Position numbers and translations under genes: made by a program
Source: Camelus dromedarius
Lineage: Eukaryota
Assembly: GCF_036321535.1 (NCBI RefSeq)
Contig: NC_087446.1
Span: forward strand, 61,194,001 to 61,258,000
Length of the DNA: 64,000 nt
Direction: 5' to 3'
The notes under the pieces: model-generated
Told to the model about the DNA's origin: nothing
The model's input: only the letters and a program-made list of their open reading frames with translations
Databases searched by the model: none
In this document: one piece after another, positions 12,925 to 25,382 of the stretch
Layout of the letters: every line of letters begins with the position of its first letter
Numbering within the stretch: position 1 is the first letter of the stretch

Positions 12925-14397
12925 ATTGGAATAGAGAGCTCAGAAATATCCATGTATTTATGGTCAGCTGATTTTCAACATAGGTNNNNNNNNNNNNNNN
13001 NNNNNNNNNNNNNNNNNNNNNNNNNNNNNNNNNNNNNNNNNNNNNNNNNNNNNNNNNNNNNNNNNNNNNNNNNNNNNNNNNNNNNNNNNNNNNNNNNNNN
13101 NNNNNNNNNNNNNNNNNNNNNNNNNNNNNNNACCTGAAACCTTAAAACTCTTAGAGAAAACATAGGAAAAAATCTTGACATTGATGTTAGCAATAATTTT
13201 TTGGGATATGACACCAAAAGCAAAGGCAACAAAACCAAAAATAGACACTTGCGATTGTATTGAACTAAAAAGCTTCTGCACAGAAAAGGAAAGAGTCAAC
13301 AGAATAAAAAGTTAACCTTCAGAATGGGAGAAAACATTTGCAAACCATGTATCTGATTAGGGGTTAATATCAGATTAACCCAATAGCAACCTAATAGCAA
13401 CAAAAAAAATCCCAATTAAAAAATGGACTAAGAACCCAAATAAACATTTCTCAAAAGAAGACATACAAATGGTCAAGGTTATATAAAAAGCTGCTCACTA
13501 TCATTAATCATCATGGAAAATACAAATCAAAATCACAATGATGTATCACCTCATATCCATTAGAATGGCGATTATCAAAAAAGCAGAAGTAACAGGTGTC
13601 GATAAGGATGTGGAAAAAAAAAAGAAATGTTTGTATTCTGTTGATAGGCACGTAAATTGATACAGCCTTTGTGAAAATAGTACGCAGATTCATCAAAAAA
13701 TTACAAATAGAACTGCCATCTGATCCACCAATTCCACTTTTATGTATACAGCCAAAGGAAATGAAATCTCAAAAAGATGTCTGTATTCCCGTATTTATTA
13801 CAGCATATTGACAAAAGCCAATACATGGAAACAACCTAAGTGTCCACTGACAGATGAACGGATAAAGAAAATGTGGTATACGTGCAACAGAACATTATTC
13901 AGCACTGAGAAAGAAGGAAACCCTGCCATTTGTGACAGCATGAATGAAACTGGAGGACATTATGCTACGTGAAATAAGGCAGGCACGGAAAGACAAAAAC
14001 TGCACGATCTCACCAATATGTGGACTCTAAAAAAATTAAACTTTCAGAAACAGAGACTAGAATGGTGGTTGTCAGGGCTTGGGTGATGGGAAAAATGGGG
14101 AGATGTTGGTAAAAGGGTACTTGGGTTCAGTTTTGAGGGATGAATAATTTCTGGAGATCTAATGTGCAGTATGGTAAGTTTTGGTAGTAATACCATACTG
14201 TATACTTGAAATTTGATAGGAATTATCTCAAATGTTCTCACCACAAAAAAAAAAAAAAATTAGCTATGGGAGTCAATGCGTATTTTAGTTTGCAGTAATC
14301 ATTTCATAATGTATATAAAAACGTCACATTGTACACCTTAAATATATATACAATTTTTGTTGTTGTTAAGCGTATCTCAAGGCTGAAGAAAATAAAG
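12925..14397 (+). mobile_element. 5'-truncated L1 (ORF2 3' end plus 3' UTR) spanning an assembly gap
   Basis: AATAGAGAGCTCAGAAATA...GGTCAGCTGATTTTC; AAAAGCTTCTGCACAG; CAACCTAAGTGTCCACTGACAGATGAACGGATAAAG; 3' UTR ending CACATTGTACACCTTAAATAT; ORF2 is broken by stops and frameshifts. Confidence 0.88.
12986..13131. other. Assembly gap (146 N)
   Basis: Run of N inside the L1. Confidence 1.
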
Positions 14398-15369
14398 TCA
14401 AAGTCTGGAAATAGTGACTTAGCAAAGGGCTAAAACCAGAGATTATCAGCCAAGAGCTGAAGGTTTATGGAAAAATTGGAGCTTGATATCTATGCTAAGG
14501 AATGAGTAAGGCAGGAATTTGTAAGCATAATAAGGGACATTTGATAAGCAAACATCAGGATATTCCTACGATATCTTGCACAAAGCCATTCTACACTACC
14601 TAGGAGAAATTTTAGTTTCTGGCATGTTTACATATTTTTTTGCCCTATTTCAAATACAAATGTAGATTCTTTTTGTAGTCTATTGCTAATTTTATTTAGA
14701 GTTTAGGCTGGGTGAAATTAGACATATATATTTAAACTTGCATCTTAATTGACATCTAATAAATAATTAAGTCTTATTGCAAATGTCAGTAGCTGAAAAA
14801 CATTCGCTGGATCTTTATACGTAGGAATTCATGAGCTTAAGGGATGAGAAAAAACTTTATAGGCTTATGGAATGCATGAGGCAAAAAGAAATGGCAGATT
14901 TATGAAAATAAGAAGAGACCCATGTGACTGTATTTTAGTAATTATAAAAGGATTTATTAAGAAATAAGTCTGCAAAGGTAAGTGGTGGTATGTAATGAGA
15001 ATTTTAATACCATGCTCAGGACTTGAATCTTTTTCCTTCACTAAACGGAGAGGTCATTGAATATTTGTAGGGTTGACAATGATTTGATAGAAATCTAGCT
15101 AGAATGTGAATAAATCGTTCTGAGGGGAAGTGGACTGAAGGATTAGATATAGACATTGGAGAAAATGGACTTGGGGACTAGATACTAAACATAACTGGTA
15201 AGGCCCCATGGACACTAGAACAGAGACCACAGGAGTGTGGTAGTTTACAGGGAGATGATTAGGTTGTAGGTTTCTTCTACAATTGCATTATTTTGCTTTT
15301 GTCTTCTGTCTTGATGAAAAGCAATTATGAAGAAAAATGCGACTTTCCCTCAGTGTACAAGTCAAAATC

Positions 15370-15630
15370 CTTTAACCAGTAAAGCTCTAAAATCCATCCC
15401 TAATCCCTTTTCTGATCTTACCTACTGTGTCTCCCCGTCATCCTCTCTGTTCCAGCTGAGCAGAACTTCTCGCCCTTTCTTAACCTTGCCAGGCATGCTC
15501 CTGGCTCAGACCTTTCACAATGACTGTTTCCTTCGCTGGGGATGTTCTGCCTTCAGAAATCTGCGTGTTTTGTCCCTTCACCTTCTTCTAGTTTTCGTGC
15601 AAATGTTATCTTATCTACATTTTCCAGGAA
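15370..15630 (+). mobile_element. L2 fragment
   Basis: CCAGGCATGCTCCTGGCTCAGACCTTTCAC...GCTGGGGATGTTCT. Confidence 0.5.
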
Positions 15631-15679
15631 GGAAGGCAGAGCAGTGAAAGTACTCTGTGTGATATTTATAAGGGGGGAT

Positions 15680-15948
15680 CCATGTCATTATAAGTTTGCC
15701 CAAACCCACAGAATGCACAGCACCGAGACTAAGCCCTGAAATAAACTGTAGGTTTTGGGTGATGATGATGTATCAACACGGGCTCGTCTATTATAACAAA
15801 CATCCCACTCTGAGAAGGGCTATTGGTGATGAAGAAGGCTATGCACGTGTGGGTCAGTGGGTGCATGAGAGATAGCTATACCTTCTATTTAATTTTGCTG
15901 TGAGCTTAAAACTGTTCTAAAAAATAAATTCTATTTAAAAAAAAAAAG
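15680..15948 (+). mobile_element. L1 3' end (L1MB/MC-like) with poly(A)
   Basis: AACTGTAGGTTTTGGGTGATGATGATGTATCAAC...AATTTTGCTGTGAGCTTAAAACTGTTCTAAAAAATAAA followed by an A-run. Confidence 0.75.
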
Positions 15949-16239
15949 TTAAAAGAGGGAGAGTAGGCTGGGAAAGGATCTGAGGGGAAACTTCTGTGGT
16001 GCCAGTAATGTTCTTCTCTTGAACTGAATGTGTCCCCTGTGTGTAAGTCCAGTAAACTGTATCCACGTGTCTACCATAGTAGACATGCATTTCAGCCTTT
16101 AGGCATGGCTTGTGTTTTGGATGTGTCTGACTCCACCAACATTAATTCATTATGTACATTCAAAGGATTGTAACATTTGAGATGACGTGGGAAACTATGT
16201 TTTGATTAGCACAGTTTTGCAGAGCATTTCATGGTTCTT

Positions 16240-16331
16240 AAAAAAAAAAGCAGTGCAGATTTCATTTCAAAATTTAACATAAACATTTATTTGTCATTTT
16301 AATTTTAATTTAAGCAATACTGGTTTTTATT
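16240..16331 (-). terminator. Candidate distal polyadenylation site (two AATAAA 40 nt apart)
   Basis: Minus-strand AATAAA at 16326-16331 and 16286-16291, followed by TGTTTATGTT and a T-run. Confidence 0.4.
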
Positions 16332-16904
16332 ACATATTATATAAATATATATGCATATACTTTCTAAGAAACAGCATAGGCCTGAAATAAAAATTAGTAA
16401 GCATTTAGAAATAATAATTAAAATACAATAATAATAAAGTGCAAAGGAACATATACAGTGCTAAATTGCATGATTCCGATAAAAATGTAAAATTTTTTTT
16501 GCACTCTTCTCCCTGTCTGCACCACCCCCACCAAAAAAAAGAAAGAAAGAAAAAAGAAAAGTCAGCAGACAGGAGCGCTTAAAGATCAAGGTAAATACTG
16601 GAAGATAAGTAGCACCTTTAGTTAATAAAATGATTGTCAACATTGATTTCCAGGAGGCCAAAACGAGCACTTCTGATTTCATAAAGAAAATAAAACTAGT
16701 TAATATATTCCATGAAGTTTAGCTGCTGTATACTTCAACACTTGCATAGAATGTTTACGAACAAAATAAAACAGAGTATCAATTATAAGATAAAGAAACT
16801 GCTACAGGTGTTTGTTTTCCAAATTTTTAAAAATTAGCCAGAGAATTCCTCTAATATGCATTCAGCTTGCATCATAGAATCCTGCAGGATTCATTTAATA
16901 ATCT

Positions 16905-17035
16905 AGTTCCATCAATTCATTGCAATAAAGGAATTATTCTGTGCCTGGCCCCTTGCTAGGCATTAAAGTTGTCATTATAACTAAGGTAACGTCCTGGTCT
17001 ACTGGGAGCTCAAAGTCTAGTAAAGAGAGATGAAT
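16905..17035 (-). mobile_element. L2 3' end fragment
   Basis: ATTCATT...TGTGCCTGGCCCCTTGCTAGGC...GGGAGCTCAAAGTCTAGT. Confidence 0.5.
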
Positions 17036-18814
17036 TTGAAAATATATTAAAAACTGCAGGCAAAACACATACCCACACAGAGTAATTCAACATTTGGTTC
17101 CAAGTTAGTTACATAGTGAAACTTAGAAACAACAATAGAGACTTTTTTTTTACAATAGAGATTTTTCTAACATAGTATGTCCATATAACACCGTAATATA
17201 AATAAAAGATAAGTGGTAAGTGATTTAGTAGTCAAATAAGCTTGCTTAAAAATGAAGTTGGAACATATTGAACTAAATATATTTTTTAAATGATCAACAA
17301 TATAATATATTTCTGATTTAAATAATTCTACACTCTCTTTAGATAAAAACCAAATATGTGTTTGTATGGAGGTGCTGGGCTAACTGGCATACCACTTTTG
17401 GTTAATTTTTTCCCAGGTTTTATTTGCCCAGTTCAGAACTATTATATAGACAAAAATTACAGACATAAATATATATTCCAAGATCATCATAGTTACTTTA
17501 AGTACATTCATCTGTAAGAAGGCAACAAGACGAGGGTTCTAGTTTTAAACTTTGACAGTCATTTATATTAATTATTTTTTTATACCTTATTGATTTTTTT
17601 GAAAAGTGAAATATGTACAGTCATGATTTAGGTCATGTTACAAACAACTGGGTGGTCACCTTTGGCGTCAAGCAAAACTACCTTTCTCTTTAATTCACTC
17701 TCATAGTAATTGACAGACCATGTGACAGTATGATCATCTGCTCTGTGGTCTCGAAGATGCCTCCAGAACCAACAAATCAACCACATTTTAATTTTTTCAC
17801 TTAACAATCATAAAAATACAGCCTAAGATGTAATTGGTATTTTTTAAAAATTCTGTAGGTTAACCCCTGAATGCAATCCTGAAAAATTCTTGCAGAAGTT
17901 AGCTAGGTGTAGCTAGGCCAAGGAATGTGCAATGTCTGTCTTATTAGAAACATGTCATTAGGTAAAACTTTCACCCCAATAGTCTTACTTTTAATACCTG
18001 CCCAAATGTAATAAAAAGATAAGAAAAAATATGTTGAAGGAATATAACTACTAAATAAAATGGTTTCAAAAATTCCTCAAAAATGAGGAACTATTCATTC
18101 TAAGAAATGTTAATCAACATGGCTAGTTTAGAATAATTGAAGGAACGTGCTTTTAAATAAAGAAGTTCAAATCAAATGTAAAGTTTAGAAAATGTCTGAG
18201 AAGATCCTGCTCTTCCATCTTCAACACAGAAATTTCTATACCTGAATAATATATAAGTAACGTGCAATCCCACTTTGATCATCATTGCAAAGAAAGGACC
18301 CTGTGTTAAGTCGATGCACTCGCGGCAGTGACTGAGGCCCGCCCCCGTCACGGTGCCAGCGCCAGCTGAGTATCCGGATGTCAGTGTGGCCGAATCCAAA
18401 CACATCACGGCAGATGTGTTTTAAGGCCCGATTCATGCAAAATTTTACTGTGACACATCAGTTTATCAAAACGTTTATCATGTATGTTCTTAGGGTAAAT
18501 ATCCTTAATGAACTAAGCAACGAATCTTGAGTGCAGACTACTGTTTTCACACTTTCACAGAGTGAATTCCTCACAGGGACCGCTCTTTCCTTTCACCAGG
18601 GATCTTGTATTTAGGATTTTTTTTTTTTTTTCTGGAATGAAATCAAAAGGGAAAAATCTAGAAAGAATATCTAGAGAAGATGGGGGCTGGAAGTAGACGG
18701 AATCTCACATAACAGAAACTCTAGTCTTAACTGTTGTAAATTTGCTATTGTCATCTAGGTGAAATGGCCATTTATTTTTTTACTTTTATTTTTTGCAGCT
18801 TATAATCTAGCAGA

Positions 18815-18990
18815 TGGCCATTTATTTGTGCTTCTTTTCGTGTTAAGCACTGTAGTAAGCACTTAATGTGTATAATTTCTTTTAATGTTCATTACCGCCC
18901 TATGAAGTAGCTAAAGTTCTTGACGTTTATAGTGAGGACATTAAGGTACAGAGGGGCTCATATAATCTTCTGTGGGGTTTCAAACTTGTT
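18815..18990 (-). mobile_element. MIR SINE
   Basis: AAGCACTGTAGTAAGCACTT...CCCTATGAAGTAG...GAGGACATTAAGGTACAGAGGG. Confidence 0.55.
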
Positions 18991-21900
18991 TCCATGGTGC
19001 AATGACCATTTAAGAAGAAATACGTTGGAGATAGATCTTATCCTAGTCATCCTCAGACTGTTAAGTCAACAAATGCAGTTGCCCTGCTCTCCTCAGCGCT
19101 GTCAAACGGCAACCATCTCTTGGATACAAGTTAACAATTTAACAAACTTGTATTGCCCCCTCTGTGCTCTGGCATGATACTTTTAGAAAACAAATAAGTG
19201 AATAAAACATGAACGTAGGCAAAAAAGGAATTAATGGAATATTGACACATGGATTCTATAAACAAATTGGTGAGTTTTTTTAGTGACTTACATATTGCTA
19301 TAGCAACACACATTGTGCAAAATCCTTCATCCCTGTAGTTGTTTGTCCAGCTCACTAAGAATCATCTGCTGTGGGAATCAGGAAATAGTCCTCAAATTAA
19401 ATTTATAAATGGCATTTTGCAAAGTATGATTCAATTAGGAGAAATATATTCATTTTGTAAATAAAGGATTTATCAAGTAAGGTTAGAATATGTGTTTCCA
19501 GAAAAATACAGATTTACTTTCTATTCACCATTACAAACAAGATGGTTAATGGGAAAAAATAGATTAAGAATTAAAAGACCTGGTTCTATTTCCAACTCTG
19601 CATTTACTCGGAGGACAAATACATGTTTAGGCAAAGCGCTCACCTGTTCTAGTCTTACTCTCTCAAAATACAGGTATCTAACAAAACTAACTTAAATGTA
19701 TAAAAACCAAAATACAGCACAAATCAAAATACAATGGCATTTAATGCTTAGAAAATAAACACTCTGGTTCGCATGTCCTTTCTCACTAAATCCAGAAATA
19801 TTCATGCTTTAGTTAGACATAGAAAGCACTTACCAGAAAAATAAAGCCCATTAAATAACATGTCAGAAATGTGTACTCTAATGAAGAAGCTCTACAAACT
19901 GAGACTAAAATGTTTTCTAGATGCATATAAAAATAAAGCAACAACAAAATACTCAGAATAAAAAGGCTTAATCAGAAGAATATGTCTGAAAATTTCACCC
20001 TGAAATTCACACGAGATAAGCATTCCATTCTTTTGTTCATCTTAAAAGAACTTTTTACTGACTTATGTCTTAGTAGAAAGTTGGGTAACTGTTTTCAAAT
20101 AGAGCTGTTTTGCCATATTTGAATTTAAAACAAAGAAACAAACAAACAAAAACTTGTTTTACCATGTGAAGAAAAACAGTTGCTGATACGGTGATGAATT
20201 TATGATCACTGAATCTTACCTACTAAAATTCTCCTGAACATTACTTTCCTTATTAATGAATATATACGAAGACTGGAAAACATGGAGAGCATTGCAGGTA
20301 GAAGTATAATTAAACCCACCAAAGAGACAAAATGCTATACTAAAAAGTCCATAATTAGATAAAATGCTAAAGACATTATGAAAAAAGATGAAAGAAAGGT
20401 AATTTTTGAAAATAACTATAGGGAAAAAGGAGGGGAGGAAGGTAGGCAGCATGGGTTGGGACAGGAGAAATAATTTGCTCTAAAATAATTTTCATATGCT
20501 CCGTTAAAATAAAATTATTTTTGCAATATTACTTTTCCTCTTAAGGTCGAGACCTAAAATTATGATTCTCATTGTGATGATAATTCTTCCGTGAACTGCA
20601 CATAATTGTGAAATAAAGTGAAGGCAAAGCAGAAGACTGAGAAAACCAGACCACAGGACCTTGTAAAGTGTTACAACCTGGTGTACAATTTGTTAACAAA
20701 GAAGAGAAAGTCAGAACTACCAAAAATGTGAACTCAGCAAATTATTGATTTTTTATAAAATATCAACAAAGATAGTTTGTGATTTTGATTATACAAGCAT
20801 TATAATTACCAACAATTGGGGCTTTTCAGCTTTTAAGTGCATTGCTCAAACATGAGATTATGCCCGTAAATATGTAGGACTCAAAACCTAAAAAATAAGT
20901 GAGATGAATAAAATAAAGCTTGTAATCTCAATTTTTATCGCAACGATTTTGATGCTCTTTGGTACTGTGAGTTGTTACAGTTAGGAATCTACTTGGTAAC
21001 GGTATGATGTGTCAGTGATGTCACTGCACTGGAAGAGCCTACAGGACGGTATGTAATGATGGCATGCTGTGACGGTAAGCTGTGTTTCTCAAAGTTCCAG
21101 GCACTTTGAGAAAATTAGAAACATCCTGAATAGTGTCAAGGACAGAACAATCTAATTTTCTAGATTCTTAAAAGTCATATTCAATTACCTATTTATCATG
21201 CCTAAGGAAAAGTCATAGTAACAGAAAAATTATCTAGAACATAAGCACCTTCCTTATCCCGGAAACCTCAAGCCTACAGTCACACGAGTTCCCCTATTTG
21301 TGAACATGAGTGGTTACAGCCAAAAGCAGACACTGCCGACCCCAGGAACGTGGCCATTCCTGCAAATCAAACAAACAAGGCCAGGTGCGGTATGAGTGAC
21401 TTTGTGCAAGATGTAAGACACTGGAAGTGCACCATCTGAGATAGCGTTAAGGAGAACAGTGTTCCAAGGATGTCAAAAGTTTAGGTGGAGAGGACAAAAG
21501 CAATGCACTCGTTCTCGCTGCAGAACAACGGGCCAGAAGGAGAATGACAATGTTCAGGGACACTTGAAAAATCAGTTACGGTGTAGGAACAGTTGCAGTA
21601 AGTGATGAAAGTAAATATATACTGTATCGATGAGCCGAATTATTTGTACCTCCTAAACCTTTTACAAGTTTTTGGTAGCTTGGGATGAACCTGTAAGTGG
21701 GAATCACTATAATTCTGAATATAATGTTTCACAGTAAGTACATTTAATTTTTGAGTCATAATAAGTAGCAACTAATATGGGAATTACTTGTCCATAAAGA
21801 AAATAGCATTTTTCTTCTGAATCCAACTTCAGGGAAAATATATTGTGCTTGAGCCATATAAATGTCATTATTTTTACAAAAAAAGTCACAAGCAATTATG

Positions 21901-22124
21901 GCTACTATACAATCGTTAACCATCGTTGGGGATAATTTGCTTTGGTTAGAAAGGCAGGCAATTTGAAATTACATATTCAGGTTATAGCAAACACAGTCTC
22001 TAATAAACACTCAATAAATCATAATACAAATTGCAGTTAAAGCTAATTGGTTCATCACATAAGGTTTAATTTTTTTTTGCATCTGTATTTTGTCTATCTT
22101 TGTATCTCTAGCTTCTATGGGGTG

Positions 22125-22320
22125 ACAGCGTGGCAGTGAACACCCTAGGGGCTCTTTCTAGTTTTAGATAAACCTGAGTTTTAGTTCTGGTTCTGTGTTC
22201 TGTCACATACTACGTTTTAACTTTGGGTAATTTGCTGAACTTCCTTGTTTTGTTTCACCTATTTATTCCACCAGGCCAACAGCCTCCACTTCTGATTAGG
22301 CTTGAATATTAAAAGGTACT
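22125..22320 (+). mobile_element. MIR SINE
   Basis: ACCTGAGTTTTAGTTCTGG...ACTTTGGGTAATTTGCTGAACTTC. Confidence 0.5.
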
Positions 22321-24944
22321 TCGCAGGCAAAATGCAGGACACATAAAGATTCGTTTCCTTTCCCTATTAAACTGAGCCTAGCAATCATGACTGTTTATTT
22401 TGTTTTATTAAAAGCCCGCAACATGTTAAGATTTTTTTTTAAAAGGTATTTTTGGATGGAAAATAAGTTTCAACTAACTGATTGTTTCTCTGCATTTTAT
22501 AACATCAATACGAAATATATCAATATAAAAACAGTTACATCATACATCTTATGGTCTTTTTCCTGTATCCTCAGTTGCCATGTATAGCCAGAGAAGGATA
22601 AGTAAAAAAATACCTAGATTTTTAAAGTGCATATTCAAATATATCAAACCGAAGTATTTTACTTATTACCTAGCGTCCTGGGGAGAGCCAGGAGATCAGG
22701 TGGTTAGAACTCGATACTAAAGAAGTGAAATTCACAAGCAATGTGAATTTACACTGAGAAAACATCGTCTTCCAACATGAAGGACACCAGTATGACCCAC
22801 TGTCCCTTAAATGTGTTCTGATTGGCTCCTAAAAGGATCAGGAAAGGATGGTGATGTGTCAGGGCATGTCTAAGACCCGTATTCCATCCACAAATTAGTA
22901 AAGGCATATTTAAGATTAAACAGTGAAAAATATGAGGTGTCTTGTTATCACAAATGAAAAAATACTTAAACCAGCCAGTGGTCATGAATCGTTTTGGTAC
23001 CCTGGTTTATGATAGCCTTCCTCCTGCACAAGCCCATGAGAGAATGGACGACAAGGGGTCATCGTGCTCTCTGACTCTGCTTCATGATATCGTGAACGTC
23101 TAAACCGTGTCATTCTCTGGGGGAAGAAATAAATTCTGCACTAATTGTTGCTGACATGGAAGCCAACTGTATCTCCTCCTCTTATGCAACTTTATAATAA
23201 TAAATGTTCGAGGTTGATCGTCTCTTCTCACTCTTTGAAAGATTCTGTCGGAGGAACAAATATTCTAACAAGTTCAAGGGATTTGGGAGAGTAAACGACT
23301 TGACACATTTATTTGACCCTGAAACAATTCTGAATCCTGTGTGTGAGTTTACATCACTCTTTCAAGTGTGTTCTGATTTAATTTTCAATGTTCACGCACA
23401 GGAATTAAGATGTGTGCATATCTGTAACTCTGTGCAGTGCTGCTGCCAGGCACGACTGGATACATACATCATGTCATGTGCTTTGAATGTGCAATTTTAC
23501 TCCCCTTTCTTTTTTTAGCAATTTAACTTAATCGGTGTCAGAAATGAAAAGTTAAAGATGACCGAAGAACAACAGAACAAATACAACTTGGTTTTGACTT
23601 GACAAAAACCTCATCAGTAAGTAAATGAACCTCCTTCCAAGGAGAAAGCCACTGGAAGGCACCCACCAGGAGGCGACAAAAAGGACTGTCGCCTTAGGGC
23701 TAAAACCCAAGGCTAGATCATGACTTGCCTGGAGTGGGGAGTCTATTATCTATAATAATTTAAATATGTACCTTCTGAGAATTTAAGTCATTTTGTGGAA
23801 ATATTTCAGATTGGAAAGTTACTACACAGTTTATGATGTCACATGTCCTATGACAAGTCAGAGCTGAGTACAAAAGTGCTAATAATATGAAAATAGCTCA
23901 TACAAGACTCAAGACTGGATGAAAATAAATTAAAAACAGCTATATACTGTCACATTTTCCCTGATTTATTTACCCATGGTATTGGCACATACTGTTTTAG
24001 TTAACAGCTTAAAAATACAAATACCTCTTTCTATGCAAAAAAAAAAGTGAATGTCAAATGAAATATGGAATTTTATCTAGCTCGCTAAATGTGAGCTTCA
24101 TGCTTAAACAGGGCCAGAATTTTACACATCAAATCCTTAATGTTAACTCTCAAAAAAGCCTGGTATCCAAGGGCATTTTTAAAGCAAATAAAGAATGGCA
24201 CCTGCCTCTACTGCAATAATAATACTAATAAAAAGGAAGAGAGAATTCCTTTTGATATCTTAAGAATGACATTACTTCAATCATCAAGCACTAAATGCTT
24301 TTTTATTCATCACGATCTCATTTCAACTTCAGAATTAGAGATGGAAATATAACTTTAGATCTAATGCGTACATTCTTTCTTATTTAAAAGTCCTTTATCA
24401 CTCAAAATGGTATTTATAGTTCCGAATGCACAAATCTATCCTATGCCTCTGTATTCAAGAGCGAGTCAGAGTCCCAGTGTTTTTACAGTTATGAAAATTG
24501 AGAAACTGCTAACGTTAACCTGGGTTGCAATATTGCAAGCTTCTTTCTATCCAGTTATAAACTATAACCTGCACTTCCCAAGTAACTGTTGAGGCACACA
24601 CAACCTCCAGTGCTAGCAGGCTTTTTTGTCTCCCGGTTTAGTTATGTTCACAGGCAGCGGGAAGCCTAATCAGGCATCAGCCGAGGGCGGGATTTTCAAG
24701 TGCTACCCTTCTGATAATAGGAGACATCTTCGGTGGCTGAGTTAAAAGCCTGCTTTGATCTCCGGTTTTGCTTTTGCATGTTGGGGAGGGGAGGGAAATG
24801 CGAGCCCCTGGAGGGCTCCCACTCTTCGTTTACTCAGCTGGATTACTCCTAACAGTAGCCCCCTGATCACCACTGTATGTTGGGTGCTGCCCATTTGTAA
24901 GCCTAGCTATCAGGATTCCAGTTGATTCCACTTTGATGTCTCAG

Positions 24945-24992
24945 TATGGTCGTGAGTCTGGATTGAGTTATGGTCGTGAGTCTGGATTGAGT
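24945..24992. repeat. Perfect 24-bp tandem duplication
   Basis: TATGGTCGTGAGTCTGGATTGAGT x2. Confidence 0.95.
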
Positions 24993-25344
24993 CTGATGAA
25001 AAGAAATCCCTGATTATTACTTTCTGAATTACTAAAATCCTGTCAAAAATCAATGGACATAGCTCATTCCTAGGGTCATTTTGGCTTTTAATTTGATTTA
25101 CGTATTAGTAAATACTGCAAATTATTTGAGGGTTCTATTTGCTAGCACCAGGTATGCATGGCCCCCTTCAAAGAAATCATGTGCATGCATGAATCAAATC
25201 TGACAGTGCTCAGAAATAATGGTTTAAAATGGAGGGTTTTTTTTCCAAATTTATTTCACATATGCAAATGCCTTTTTTTAATAGCAGTTAGCTGCTTTTT
25301 CAAATTAAGATCACCCTCATTTTCACTTTATAATCTTTATCTTT

Positions 25345-25382
25345 AAAATCCACACTGTAAAGTAGTATGCAAATTCTTTATT
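25345..25382 (-). terminator. Candidate proximal polyadenylation site
   Basis: Minus strand AATAAA(25377-25382)-GAATTTGCATACTACTTTA-CA-GTGTGGATTTT: hexamer, CA about 20 nt downstream, then a GU/U-rich element. Confidence 0.5.

Noticed and set aside
12964-13299. ORFs spanning the N runs (also 57146-57541)
   Set aside because: Artefacts of translating assembly gaps.
16877-16892. 16-bp perfect palindrome GAATCCTGCAGGATTC
   Set aside because: About one palindrome of this length is expected by chance in 64 kb.
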